From positions 78,978 to 142,977 of the forward strand of contig JAAFJY010000001.1 in the NCBI GenBank assembly GCA_013299105.1: a stretch of DNA of 64,000 nucleotides, in the 5' to 3' direction. Shown in pieces: positions 18,351 to 27,190 of this stretch (positions within the stretch are counted from its first letter, which is position 1; every line of letters starts with the position of its first letter). The stretch comes from Chitinophagales bacterium. Its GTDB lineage: Bacteria > Bacteroidota > Bacteroidia > Chitinophagales > Saprospiraceae. Below the pieces are notes generated by a model. The model was not told the origin of the DNA and did no database searches. It was given only the letters and a program-made list of their open reading frames with translations. The translations under genes were made by a program, and so were the position numbers.

Positions 18351-19427
18351 TCAAATGCCAGTCTCCTCACCAGCGCGCAATTTTTCAGCATTTTCAGCCA
18401 CTTGCAAGGCTTGGATGGTCTCTTCCAGGTCACCTTCCAGCACTTTGTCGAGTGAATACAAGGTCAGGTTGATGCGGTGGTCGGTCATCCGGTTTTGCGG
18501 GAAGTTGTAGGTGCGAATCTTGTCCGAGCGGTCGCCACTGCCTACGAGCGATTTGCGTTGGGCAGCAATTTGCGATTCGTGTGAGTTTTTCTTGGCCTCG
18601 TAAATGCGCTGGTACAAGCGTTGCAGAGCGATTTCGCGGTTTTGGTGCTGCGAACGGCCATCGGTACTTTCCGATACCACGCCCGTAGGAATGTGGGTAA
18701 AACGCACCCCAGACTCGGTCTTGTTGACGTGCTGACCACCTGCGCCGCTGGAGCGGAAAGTATCGACTTTGAGGTCTTCCTTGCGGATTTCCACGTCTTC
18801 CATTTCCAATTTTGGCATGACTACGACGGTAGCCGCCGAAGTATGCACGCGGCCTTGTGACTCGGTTTTGGGTACGCGTTGCACCCGGTGGGCTCCCGAT
18901 TCAAACTTGAGGGTGCCATAAACGTCTTCCCCTTGAATTTCCAAAATGAGTTTGTTGTAGCCACCAACCGTGCCTTCGTTCACTTCCAATGCCTCCACCT
19001 GCCAGCCTTTGCTTTCAAAATAACGGCTGTACATGCGGTAAAGGTCACCCGCAAATAGACTGGCTTCGTCTCCACCAGTACCCGAACGGATTTCAAAGTA
19101 AACGTCACGAGAATCTTCAGGGTCGCGGGGAATGAGCAGGTACTTGATTTTTTCCTCCAACTCCTCGATTTGTGGAGCCAGGGTATCCAGTTCTTCGCGG
19201 GCCATTTCCTGCATTTCGGGGTCCTCTTCTTTGAGCACCAATTGGGCTGACTCCCGGTTGTCGAGCAGGTTTTTGTAATGCAAATACACATCGACAATGG
19301 CCTTTAAATCCTTGTAATCCTTACTTACCTTCTTGTAACGATCCATGTCTGACATGATCTCAGGGTCAGACATTTGTTCTTCCAACTGAAGAAAACGGTT
19401 GTAGATCGCTTCTAATTTATCGAGCAT
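18351..19427 (-). CDS. prfA: Peptide chain release factor 1
   Basis: GGQ motif (SSGAGGQHVNKTES), HRVQRVPKTE.QGRVHTSA, RTYNFPQNRMTDHR. Confidence 0.97.
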   Translation of the reverse strand: MLDKLEAIYNRFLQLEEQMSDPEIMSDMDRYKKVSKDYKDLKAIVDVYLHYKNLLDNRESAQLVLKEEDPEMQEMAREELDTLAPQIEELEEKIKYLLIPRDPEDSRDVYFEIRSGTGGDEASLFAGDLYRMYSRYFESKGWQVEALEVNEGTVGGYNKLILEIQGEDVYGTLKFESGAHRVQRVPKTESQGRVHTSAATVVVMPKLEMEDVEIRKEDLKVDTFRSSGAGGQHVNKTESGVRFTHIPTGVVSESTDGRSQHQNREIALQRLYQRIYEAKKNSHESQIAAQRKSLVGSGDRSDKIRTYNFPQNRMTDHRINLTLYSLDKVLEGDLEETIQALQVAENAEKLRAGEETGI

Positions 19428-19663
19428 GTTTGGCTTTTTTGTGGATTTACCCCGGTGAAGTTGAAGAGTTGAGGGTTGAAATGTTGAAAAGAGGCCAACA
19501 TTATTCCCTTTCTCCGTTCACCATTATACCTAGCGTAAAAACGGCGCAAAATTACGACATTTCCTGAAATTAAGTGCTAAAATGTTCAATGTAAAGTGGT
19601 TTTGAACGAAAGCTTTGTACAAGGAGAACGAAACAATAGGCCATTAATAATTTATGGTTTAAA

Positions 19664-19863
19664 GCATCCCGAATGTCCAGCTTCGCAAGAAGCACAAGAT
19701 TTGTAGCATTGGTCATTCCTTCCCCATTTCCCAACTTCTGGCTTCGTAAGAAGCCTAAGATTTTTGATGCATTAGGCTTCTTGCGAAGCCAGGACCTGCC
19801 CTTGGAATCCAAATTCTACAAAGCTTTTCGCTTCTTGCGAAGCGCGTGCGCTAATGGGATTCC
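19664..19863. repeat. BIME-like palindromic cluster of four GCTTCTTGCGAAGC units
   Basis: Units at 19680 and 19741 in one orientation, 19776 and 19830 in the other; the flanks are also complementary. Confidence 0.78.
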
Positions 19864-19900
19864 AAGGGTAAAATGGATATTTCGTTACACGTTTGAGCAA

Positions 19901-20065
19901 CTAGTGGTACGAATTACAAATACCCCCTAGGTTCCAGGCAGGCTATTTGGCTTTGTAGCAAGGCGAGAGGAGGGAAAATAGTGGACTATTTGACCGACGA
20001 ACAACGAAGCTACGGAGACAAAGAGCCCGTGGAACTTGGGGCAGATTTACAATTTGGACCACTAG
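19901..20065 (+). mobile_element. MITE family 1, copy 2
   Basis: 165 bp, CTAG ends, 5 differences from 11441-11605. Confidence 0.88.
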
Positions 20066-20213
20066 GATGGTTTTAGGCTTCAATCAAAATCAAGCATTCA
20101 TTCACCAAGTATATAGACATTTATTTTGCTCCTGACCTACCAGCAATTGTTAGCCATACTAATCTAGGATTGCTGTACGTTTGCACCGTACAATTCAAAT
20201 CTTTAGCTGCAAG

Positions 20214-21038
20214 ATGAAAAATAGCCAATTTTCCTGGACCAAATTACTCGTCACCACGATCGTGGTGTTGTTTTTTCAAGGTCTTTTCGCCCATGAGTTC
20301 TGGCTGGGCCTGACCCGCTACCGCGTCAACCCTGGGACCGAAGTAAGCCTTACTTTTTTTGTGGGAGAAGACTTTCATGGCGATCCTTGGGCCAAACGCA
20401 AAGAACGCCTCGCCTCGATCAAACAGCACACTGCAGTGGGCATCAATGACCTGACTAAACTGGCAACGGAAGACGATACCCTGCCTGTGGCGCTGAAAGT
20501 AGAGCAAGCTGGTACACACCTGTTTGCGATGGAGTCCAACAACTCTTTCATTGAGTTGGAAGGAGAAAAATTTACGGAATACCTGAAAGAAGACGGCATC
20601 GACAACATCCTGCAATTGCGCCAAAACAAAGGCGAAAGCAACAAAGGTGCCCGCGAACTCTACCGCCGCTGTGCCAAAACCCTGCTGCAAGTAGGCAACA
20701 AACCCGACGATACCCCGCTGAAAGTGTTGGGCCAAGCCTTGGAAATTGTGCCCCTGAAAAATCCTTATGCCCTGAAAAAGAACGAGACCTTGACGGTGCA
20801 AATCCTTTTTGAGGGCAAACCACTGCCGAACGCTGTGGTGCGCACCTGGCAAAAAGCCCCCGATCAGGAAACGGCCAAAGCCCGCTTGCGCAGCGATGCT
20901 GAGGGCAAAGCTAGTTTTGTGCCCGCAGCCGCTGGCGAATGGATGGTGAGCCTGGTGCACATGCTGCCCAATGCCGACAAAAGCAAGGCCGATTACCAAA
21001 GCTATTGGGCAACTTTGGTTTTTGCGGTGGGGAATTAA
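20214..21038 (+). CDS. DUF4198 domain exported protein (possible metal-uptake component)
   Basis: Signal peptide ending AHEFWL; AKTLL, LEIVPL.NPY, QILFEGKPL, W.VSLVHM, SYWATL.F. Confidence 0.8.
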   Translation: MKNSQFSWTKLLVTTIVVLFFQGLFAHEFWLGLTRYRVNPGTEVSLTFFVGEDFHGDPWAKRKERLASIKQHTAVGINDLTKLATEDDTLPVALKVEQAGTHLFAMESNNSFIELEGEKFTEYLKEDGIDNILQLRQNKGESNKGARELYRRCAKTLLQVGNKPDDTPLKVLGQALEIVPLKNPYALKKNETLTVQILFEGKPLPNAVVRTWQKAPDQETAKARLRSDAEGKASFVPAAAGEWMVSLVHMLPNADKSKADYQSYWATLVFAVGN

Positions 21039-21094
21039 CTTTGTAGCTCTTCAGGTGTTGATGAATACACCACCAAATAAAACCAAACCAAGAC

Positions 21095-22333
21095 ATGTGG
21101 CTTCCCATCGATCCACAATCGGATTTTTCGATCCAAAACCTGCCCTATGGCATTTTTAGCATTGGCAGCGGAACCAAGCGCGTAGGCGTAGCGCTGGGTG
21201 ATCAAATCATCGACTTGTACGCCTTGAGCGAAATGGACACTTTCAGCGATCTAGGTATTGATTCCAGCGTGTTTCAAAGTGATTTTCTCAACGATTACAT
21301 CGCCCTGGGCAAAAGTGTACACACTGCGCTGCGCAAAAGGTTAACCGCCATTTTTGAGGACGAGTCCTCCCCTTTTCGCGAAGTGAGCGAGCGTTTTTTG
21401 CACCCTCAAACTGCGGCCCTAATGCACATGCCCATAAAAATTGGCGATTACACCGATTTTTACTCCAGCGAACAGCACGCTTTCAATGTAGGCACCATGT
21501 TTCGCGACCCACAAAATGCGCTTTTACCGAATTGGAAGCACTTACCAGTAGGCTATCACGGGCGCAGCAGCTCGATTTTTGTCAGCGGCACTGATTTCAA
21601 GCGTCCTTTGGGCCAAACACGACCCAAAGACGATGAGCCACCCGTGTTTGGCCCTACCCGCTCACTTGACTTTGAGCTGGAAGTGGCCACCATCATTGGA
21701 GAAAACACCAGCAATGGCCAAAGGGTCAGTGTAGCCGAAGCCGAGGACTATGTATTCGGCTTTGTATTGTTCAACGATTGGTCGGCTCGCGACGTGCAGA
21801 AGTGGGAATATGTGCCCCTGGGGCCGTTTTTGGCCAAAAACTTCTTTTCAGCGATTTCAACTTGGGTGGTGACTACGGAAGCCCTGGCACCGTTTCGCGT
21901 GCCTGCGCCGGAACAAGATCCAGCAGTTTTGCCCTACTTAAAAGGCGGAAAACATCAAAACTTCGATGTGGCCTTGGAAGTAGAATTGGAAACAAGCAGC
22001 GGCCAAAAAATGCTCATTTGCCAGTCCAATTTCAAATACCTGTACTGGACCGTAGCCCAGCAAATTGCGCACCATACCATCAATGGCTGTAACCTCAACG
22101 TCGGCGACCTGATGGCATCAGGTACCATTTCGGGACCAGAACCAGGGAGTTATGGCTCAATGCTGGAACTGACTTGGGGCGGTAAAAACCCTTTGACTTT
22201 GCCCGACGGCAGCCAAAGGCGCTTTTTTGAAGATGGAGATACCGTGAGGATCAGGGGTTTTGCGCAAAAAGATGGCCTGCGGGTCGGTTTTGGGCAAGTG
22301 AGCAGTACCGTTTTACCCGCTGATCCATTTTAG
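21095..22333 (+). CDS. fahA: Fumarylacetoacetase
   Basis: FSIQNLPYG, DYTDFYSSEQHA.NVG, PVGYHGRSSS, LDFELE, NDWSARD.QKWEYVPLGPF.AKNF. Confidence 0.96.
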   Translation: MWLPIDPQSDFSIQNLPYGIFSIGSGTKRVGVALGDQIIDLYALSEMDTFSDLGIDSSVFQSDFLNDYIALGKSVHTALRKRLTAIFEDESSPFREVSERFLHPQTAALMHMPIKIGDYTDFYSSEQHAFNVGTMFRDPQNALLPNWKHLPVGYHGRSSSIFVSGTDFKRPLGQTRPKDDEPPVFGPTRSLDFELEVATIIGENTSNGQRVSVAEAEDYVFGFVLFNDWSARDVQKWEYVPLGPFLAKNFFSAISTWVVTTEALAPFRVPAPEQDPAVLPYLKGGKHQNFDVALEVELETSSGQKMLICQSNFKYLYWTVAQQIAHHTINGCNLNVGDLMASGTISGPEPGSYGSMLELTWGGKNPLTLPDGSQRRFFEDGDTVRIRGFAQKDGLRVGFGQVSSTVLPADPF

Positions 22334-22346
22334 TACACACCAAGAA

Positions 22347-23207
22347 ATGCAGCACTCCGACATGCTCACCATCGACCCACAATCCGTTTCGGTGCCGGTA
22401 ATGCACCATTATTTGCAAGCAGCAGTAGCCCCTCGGCCGATTGCTTTCGCCAGCACCATAGACACCGAAGGCCGGGTGAACCTCAGCCCCTTCAGTTTTT
22501 TCAACGTGTTTGGCACCAAGCCACCCACGCTTATTTTTTCGCCCAATCGGCGGGTGCGCGATGGCAGTACCAAACACACCCTCGAAAACGTGCTCGAACA
22601 CGACGAGGTGGTTATCAACATGGTCGACTACGCAATGGTGGAGCAAATGTCGCTGGCCAGTTGTGAATACGACAAGGGCGTGGACGAGTTTGTCAAAGCT
22701 GGATTCACTGCCCTGCCTGCTAAAAAAGTGAAGCCGCCCAGGGTTGCAGAGTCAAAAGCGGTATTTGAATGCAAGGTCAAACAAGTGATCTCGATGGGTG
22801 AAGAAGGCGGCGCGGCCAACCTGGTGATTTGCGAGGTGATTTTGGCCCATTTTTCGCCCGAAATCCTGAATGAACACGGCCGGATTGACCAGTTGAAAAC
22901 CGATTGGGTGGCCCGCATGGGCGAAAACTGGTACTGCCGAGCCAATGCACCATCCTTGTTTGAAGTGCCCAAGCCTAGCGTACACAAGGGCATTGGGGTG
23001 GATGCGATCCCCGATTTTCTGCGCAAAGATACCCGCTTGAGTGGCAACGAATTGGGGCGTTTGGGCAATATTGAAAGCCTGCCCAGTGCCGAAGAAGTAC
23101 ACAACTATCGGAGTGCTACTGTGGAGCATGACTTCTTTGCAAAAGGAAAAGAATTGCTCTCAACAGGTGATGTCAAAGCGGCCTGGATTGCTTTTTTGGC
23201 ATCTTGA
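22347..23207 (+). CDS. Flavin reductase-like FMN-binding protein
   Basis: VAPRPIAFAST, NLSPFSFFN, K.T..N, PPRVAES.A.FEC, RMG..WY. Confidence 0.88.
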   Translation: MQHSDMLTIDPQSVSVPVMHHYLQAAVAPRPIAFASTIDTEGRVNLSPFSFFNVFGTKPPTLIFSPNRRVRDGSTKHTLENVLEHDEVVINMVDYAMVEQMSLASCEYDKGVDEFVKAGFTALPAKKVKPPRVAESKAVFECKVKQVISMGEEGGAANLVICEVILAHFSPEILNEHGRIDQLKTDWVARMGENWYCRANAPSLFEVPKPSVHKGIGVDAIPDFLRKDTRLSGNELGRLGNIESLPSAEEVHNYRSATVEHDFFAKGKELLSTGDVKAAWIAFLAS

Positions 23208-23290
23208 GCTTTCAGAATGAAAAGTTTAGCATTTCCTTAAGTACTGATTTCCAGATAATCGCTAGTTTTGCAACAAATTTAACGTGTGTG

Positions 23291-24652
23291 ATGAAATCCG
23301 TGAAATATCTGCTGACCATAACGAACTTGTGCTTGTTCGTTCTAATTTCTTCAGCCCAAACCATCAAAGTCAAAGCTGAACTGACCGATTGCCAGGGCTC
23401 CCTGGCCTTATTCAGCTTCAATGGAGTTGCTTTTGAGCAAGTGCAAAGGGTGATGGATGCTGGGAACAATACCTACGAATTCTCCTTGCCCAAAGCTACT
23501 GAGCCCCGCATTTACTCGATGGGTGCTTTCCCCAATAAAAGCCGCCCAATTATTTTGGGTACTGAGCCTAATATTGCCATCAAGGGCTCTTGTGGCAACC
23601 TAGGGGCCATCAGCATCAGCAACTCGCCCTTGAATGCTGATTATGAAAAAATCAAAGTCGCCATCAACCAAAATACCAACCAGGGCGGTACGGCTTTGCG
23701 GGCTTGGGCAACTGCCAAGGATGAAACTGCAAAAAAGGCAGGTCTAGAGCAAATGAAGGACGCCGATAAAAAGAAGTTGACGCTGAAAGACTCTTTGGCC
23801 AAAGCACAGCCTTTTTTTGGACGATTGGCGGCAATCAATACCTACTTGTCGTACCCCAATAACTCAGCAGGTTTTCCTGGAGAATTGGAATATTTTGCCA
23901 ATAACTTCTTCAAGTTTGTCAATTTTGAGGACCCCGGTTACAACCACTTGCCTTGGGTCTATGAGAATTTTCGAGCCTTTGCCCAAACCATGGGTGGCGT
24001 TGGACTGGCCGAAGAAGAACTGAAAATGTACCTGGATTTTGTGCTCAACAAATTCCCTGCGGGCAGCAATGCGCAGCAATTGGCGATGGGAGGAATCATT
24101 ACTGGTCTGGAGGAGCGCCGCAACCCGGTGTATGCCCAATACGCAGAAAAATTCATCCAAACTTTTGACAAAACCGCCCCTTCGGCAGTGAAAGCCCTGC
24201 AAGAAGAACTAGACAAGGCCAAACGCCTTTTGCCTGGTGCAGTTGCACCCGATTTTGCCCAAAATACCACCGACGACAAGGCCCTAAAACTGAGCGACCT
24301 TCGCGGCAAATATGTATTGATCGACTTCTGGGCGAGCTGGTGTGGCCCCTGCCGCCGCGAAAACCCTAATGTGGTGCGCATGTACCAGGAGTACAAAGAC
24401 AAGGGGTTTGAAATCCTGGGCGTGAGCCTGGACCAGGCGAAACCCAACTGGTTGCAAGCCATCCAGGAAGATCAATTGACCTGGAAACATGTAAGTGATC
24501 TGAAAGGCTGGAAAAACGAAGTAGCCGCACTTTATGAAGTGACGGGTATTCCCAAAACCTTCCTGATCGACCCACAAGGAAAAATCATTGCCAGCGACCT
24601 GCGTGGCCCTACGCTGGAAGCCAAATTGAAAGAGATTTTTACCCAGCGTTGA
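23291..24652 (+). CDS. Exported TlpA/AhpC-TSA family thioredoxin-like protein
   Basis: Signal peptide ..SSA|Q; C-terminal LIDFWASWCGPCRREN, GVSLD, IPKTFLID. Confidence 0.9.
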   Translation: MKSVKYLLTITNLCLFVLISSAQTIKVKAELTDCQGSLALFSFNGVAFEQVQRVMDAGNNTYEFSLPKATEPRIYSMGAFPNKSRPIILGTEPNIAIKGSCGNLGAISISNSPLNADYEKIKVAINQNTNQGGTALRAWATAKDETAKKAGLEQMKDADKKKLTLKDSLAKAQPFFGRLAAINTYLSYPNNSAGFPGELEYFANNFFKFVNFEDPGYNHLPWVYENFRAFAQTMGGVGLAEEELKMYLDFVLNKFPAGSNAQQLAMGGIITGLEERRNPVYAQYAEKFIQTFDKTAPSAVKALQEELDKAKRLLPGAVAPDFAQNTTDDKALKLSDLRGKYVLIDFWASWCGPCRRENPNVVRMYQEYKDKGFEILGVSLDQAKPNWLQAIQEDQLTWKHVSDLKGWKNEVAALYEVTGIPKTFLIDPQGKIIASDLRGPTLEAKLKEIFTQR

Positions 24653-24657
24653 CGCTC

Positions 24658-24704
24658 AAAAAGTGAACGAAGCATTGGAGTTTTCATGCTTCGTTCACTT
24701 TTTT
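24658..24704 (+). terminator. Rho-independent terminator
   Basis: aaaaagtgaacgaagcat / atgcttcgttcacttttt. Confidence 0.85.
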
Positions 24705-24907
24705 CGCAAAATGACCACCCCTGATTTTGGCGATTAAGTCTGGTATTAAGCCTTATTTTCTCCCAATACACTGTTTTTGAGCAGTTGATCCATTACTTTT
24801 GTAGAATAAATTGATCTTTACCATTTACTACCTATTCCTGTCCCTCCACTTTTCAAACCTTTCCTTTTTTGCCCGCCCACCTAAGCATCCATATTTCTTA
24901 AAATCTA

Positions 24908-25495
24908 ATGATTATGGCACGTCCAAAGGCCTTTGATCAAGACACGGTTCTGGTCAAAGCGATGCATGTTTTTTGGGCCAGGGGTTACGCGGGAACTTCA
25001 CTGGATGACTTGGTAGCAGCAATGGGGATCAATCGTCAAAGCATTTACAATACTTTTGGCGATAAGCATTCTTTGTTTATGCGTTGCTTGAAAATGTACT
25101 GGCAGTATGAATTGGATCGAGTTTATGAAGGCATCAAAGGCGATAAAGCTGAAGATCGCCTGCGAAGCATGATGCACGAAATTTCCCATTTGGCGACGAG
25201 CAGCGGCGAAATGGGCTGCATGTTACTCAACTCACTGGGTGAATTGGCCCCACAAGACCAGGCTGTCGTAGATTTTTACCTGAAAATTGACCATGAGTCA
25301 ATACAAAGCATGAGCAATCGGATCAGCGCAGGTCAAGAAAATGGAGAATTTGAGTCCCATTTCAATCCTTCTGCTGCGGCTAAATTCTTGATTGCCTTGT
25401 CAATTGGTATCCGCACGCTGGGCAAGGTCATGCCTGGAAACCAGGATTTTTCTGAAATCGCTGACTTTGCCATTGATGTGTTAAAAAAACGGTAA
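24908..25495 (+). CDS. TetR/AcrR family transcriptional regulator
   Basis: MARPKAFD..AMHVFWARGYAGTS..DLV.AMGINRQSIYNTFGDK. Confidence 0.93.
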   Translation: MIMARPKAFDQDTVLVKAMHVFWARGYAGTSLDDLVAAMGINRQSIYNTFGDKHSLFMRCLKMYWQYELDRVYEGIKGDKAEDRLRSMMHEISHLATSSGEMGCMLLNSLGELAPQDQAVVDFYLKIDHESIQSMSNRISAGQENGEFESHFNPSAAAKFLIALSIGIRTLGKVMPGNQDFSEIADFAIDVLKKR

Positions 25496-25558
25496 TTGGC
25501 GGTGCACCGCTTGCTAATAAACTGTATTTTGCCGGGTCTATTTTCCAAAAATAAACCC

Positions 25559-26923
25559 ATGCTCCGTAGAAAATTCCTCAAAAAGACCCTTTCTGGCGTA
25601 CCCGCAGTACTCCTTTCTTCCACTTTATTGGCCGCTTGTGATGAATCTGAAGGCCCGGACAAAGCTCCCAATGGCAAATCCGTGCTGGTCATTGGCGCGG
25701 GCATTGCTGGTTTGGCCGCTGCCGTCCAACTCAAAAAAGAAGGCTTCCAAGTCACCGTCATCGAAGCGCAGGAAAAAGTGGGGGGTCGCCTGCGCACCGA
25801 CCGCAGCCTCGGCGTGCCTTTTGACGAAGGAGCCAGTTGGATTCACGGCCCCAAGGGCAACCCAATTACGGACCTGGCCGAAAAAGCCAAAGCCAAAACC
25901 TTCCTCACCGACGATGACAGCCTGCTGGTGTACGACGGCAAAGGAAAAGCCATCAGCGACAGCGTTCTGGACCGCGAATATGCGGCTTACGAAGATGCCC
26001 TGGAAGCAGTGACCGCCAAAGGGACGCAAAACCAAAGTTTTGAAGCGGTCTTTAATGGCCTTTATCCAGATCGAACCAAAGATGCCTTGTGGAAATACAT
26101 GCTTTCAGCTTACCTTGAATTCGATACTGGATCGGATATTTCTGAGTTGTCTTCCACCGACTTTGACGATGATGAGCTTTTCAAGGGTGAAGACCTAATC
26201 ATCACCAATGGCTACGATACCATTGCCGAGTACCTGGCCAAGGGTTTGACGGTCAAACTAAATGAACGGGTCAATACCATTGACTACAGCGGGGCTAAAG
26301 TGAAAGTAAGCAGTAACAAAGGCAACTACGAAGCTGATTATTGCCTGATTACCGTGCCGCTAGGCGTTTTGAAAAAAGAGGTAATCAACTTCAACCCCAC
26401 TCTGCCGAACAACAAACGCCAGGCCATCGCAGGGACCAAAATGAGTGCGGTAAATAAGTTTTTACTGACTTTTCCCAGCGTTTTCTGGGACAACAACCTG
26501 CAATACGTGGGCTTTACCCCCGAAACCAAAGGCAAGTTCAACTACTTCATGAATTGCAAAAAATTCATGCCGGCCAATGCACTCATGACTTTTGCTTTTG
26601 GCAACTACGGCAAACTAACTGAAACCATGAGCGACGCCGCCGTGATCGCAGAAATCATGGCCCAACTCAAAACCATTTACGGCAACAACATCCCAAATCC
26701 CCAAGCCATGCTGCGCACCAAATGGAGCAGCAACCCAAATGCCTATGGTTCATATTCCTTCCCGACCAATGGCCGCAGGAGCGCTGATTTTGACGTATTG
26801 GCCCAAGCCGTCAACAACAAACTTTTCTTCGCAGGTGAACATACCCAGCGCGAATACCGGGGTACTGTACACGGTGCTTATTTGAGTGGACTCCGTGAAG
26901 CTGATAAAATCGCTGATTTATAA
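25559..26923 (+). CDS. Flavin amine oxidase family lipoprotein with twin-Arg-like signal
   Basis: MLRRKFLK..LLAAC; GAGIAGL.AA, EA..KVGGR, GASWIHG, W..NP...GSYS, FAGEHT..GTVHGAYLSG.REA. Confidence 0.88.
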   Translation: MLRRKFLKKTLSGVPAVLLSSTLLAACDESEGPDKAPNGKSVLVIGAGIAGLAAAVQLKKEGFQVTVIEAQEKVGGRLRTDRSLGVPFDEGASWIHGPKGNPITDLAEKAKAKTFLTDDDSLLVYDGKGKAISDSVLDREYAAYEDALEAVTAKGTQNQSFEAVFNGLYPDRTKDALWKYMLSAYLEFDTGSDISELSSTDFDDDELFKGEDLIITNGYDTIAEYLAKGLTVKLNERVNTIDYSGAKVKVSSNKGNYEADYCLITVPLGVLKKEVINFNPTLPNNKRQAIAGTKMSAVNKFLLTFPSVFWDNNLQYVGFTPETKGKFNYFMNCKKFMPANALMTFAFGNYGKLTETMSDAAVIAEIMAQLKTIYGNNIPNPQAMLRTKWSSNPNAYGSYSFPTNGRRSADFDVLAQAVNNKLFFAGEHTQREYRGTVHGAYLSGLREADKIADL

Positions 26924-27135
26924 GCTTTTGCGCAAAGATTTTTTTGTTTTACTGCACTGAAATAGGTTATTTTTGCGCGATGCGAGCCTGCCTATACCCG
27001 AATCACCCTGTTTGGGGGAAGTTCAGGTGAAAAAATAGGCAGAATATTGCAGGTATTTGCTTCGTTTTTGCGTTAGCCCTTGCAAAGGTAGCTTTGAAAA
27101 AAACGAGGCCTTTCAGAGGTCCTGGTGCCCTCTCT

Positions 27136-27166
27136 TTTCAACACTTCAACTTTTCAACATTTCAAC
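27136..27166 (-). repeat. 4 x 8-mer GTTGA-core tandem array (minus orientation)
   Basis: tttcaacacttcaacttttcaacatttcaac upstream of the M1 peptidase start. Confidence 0.65.
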
Positions 27167-27190
27167 TTCTACAACAGACCCACTTTCAAT

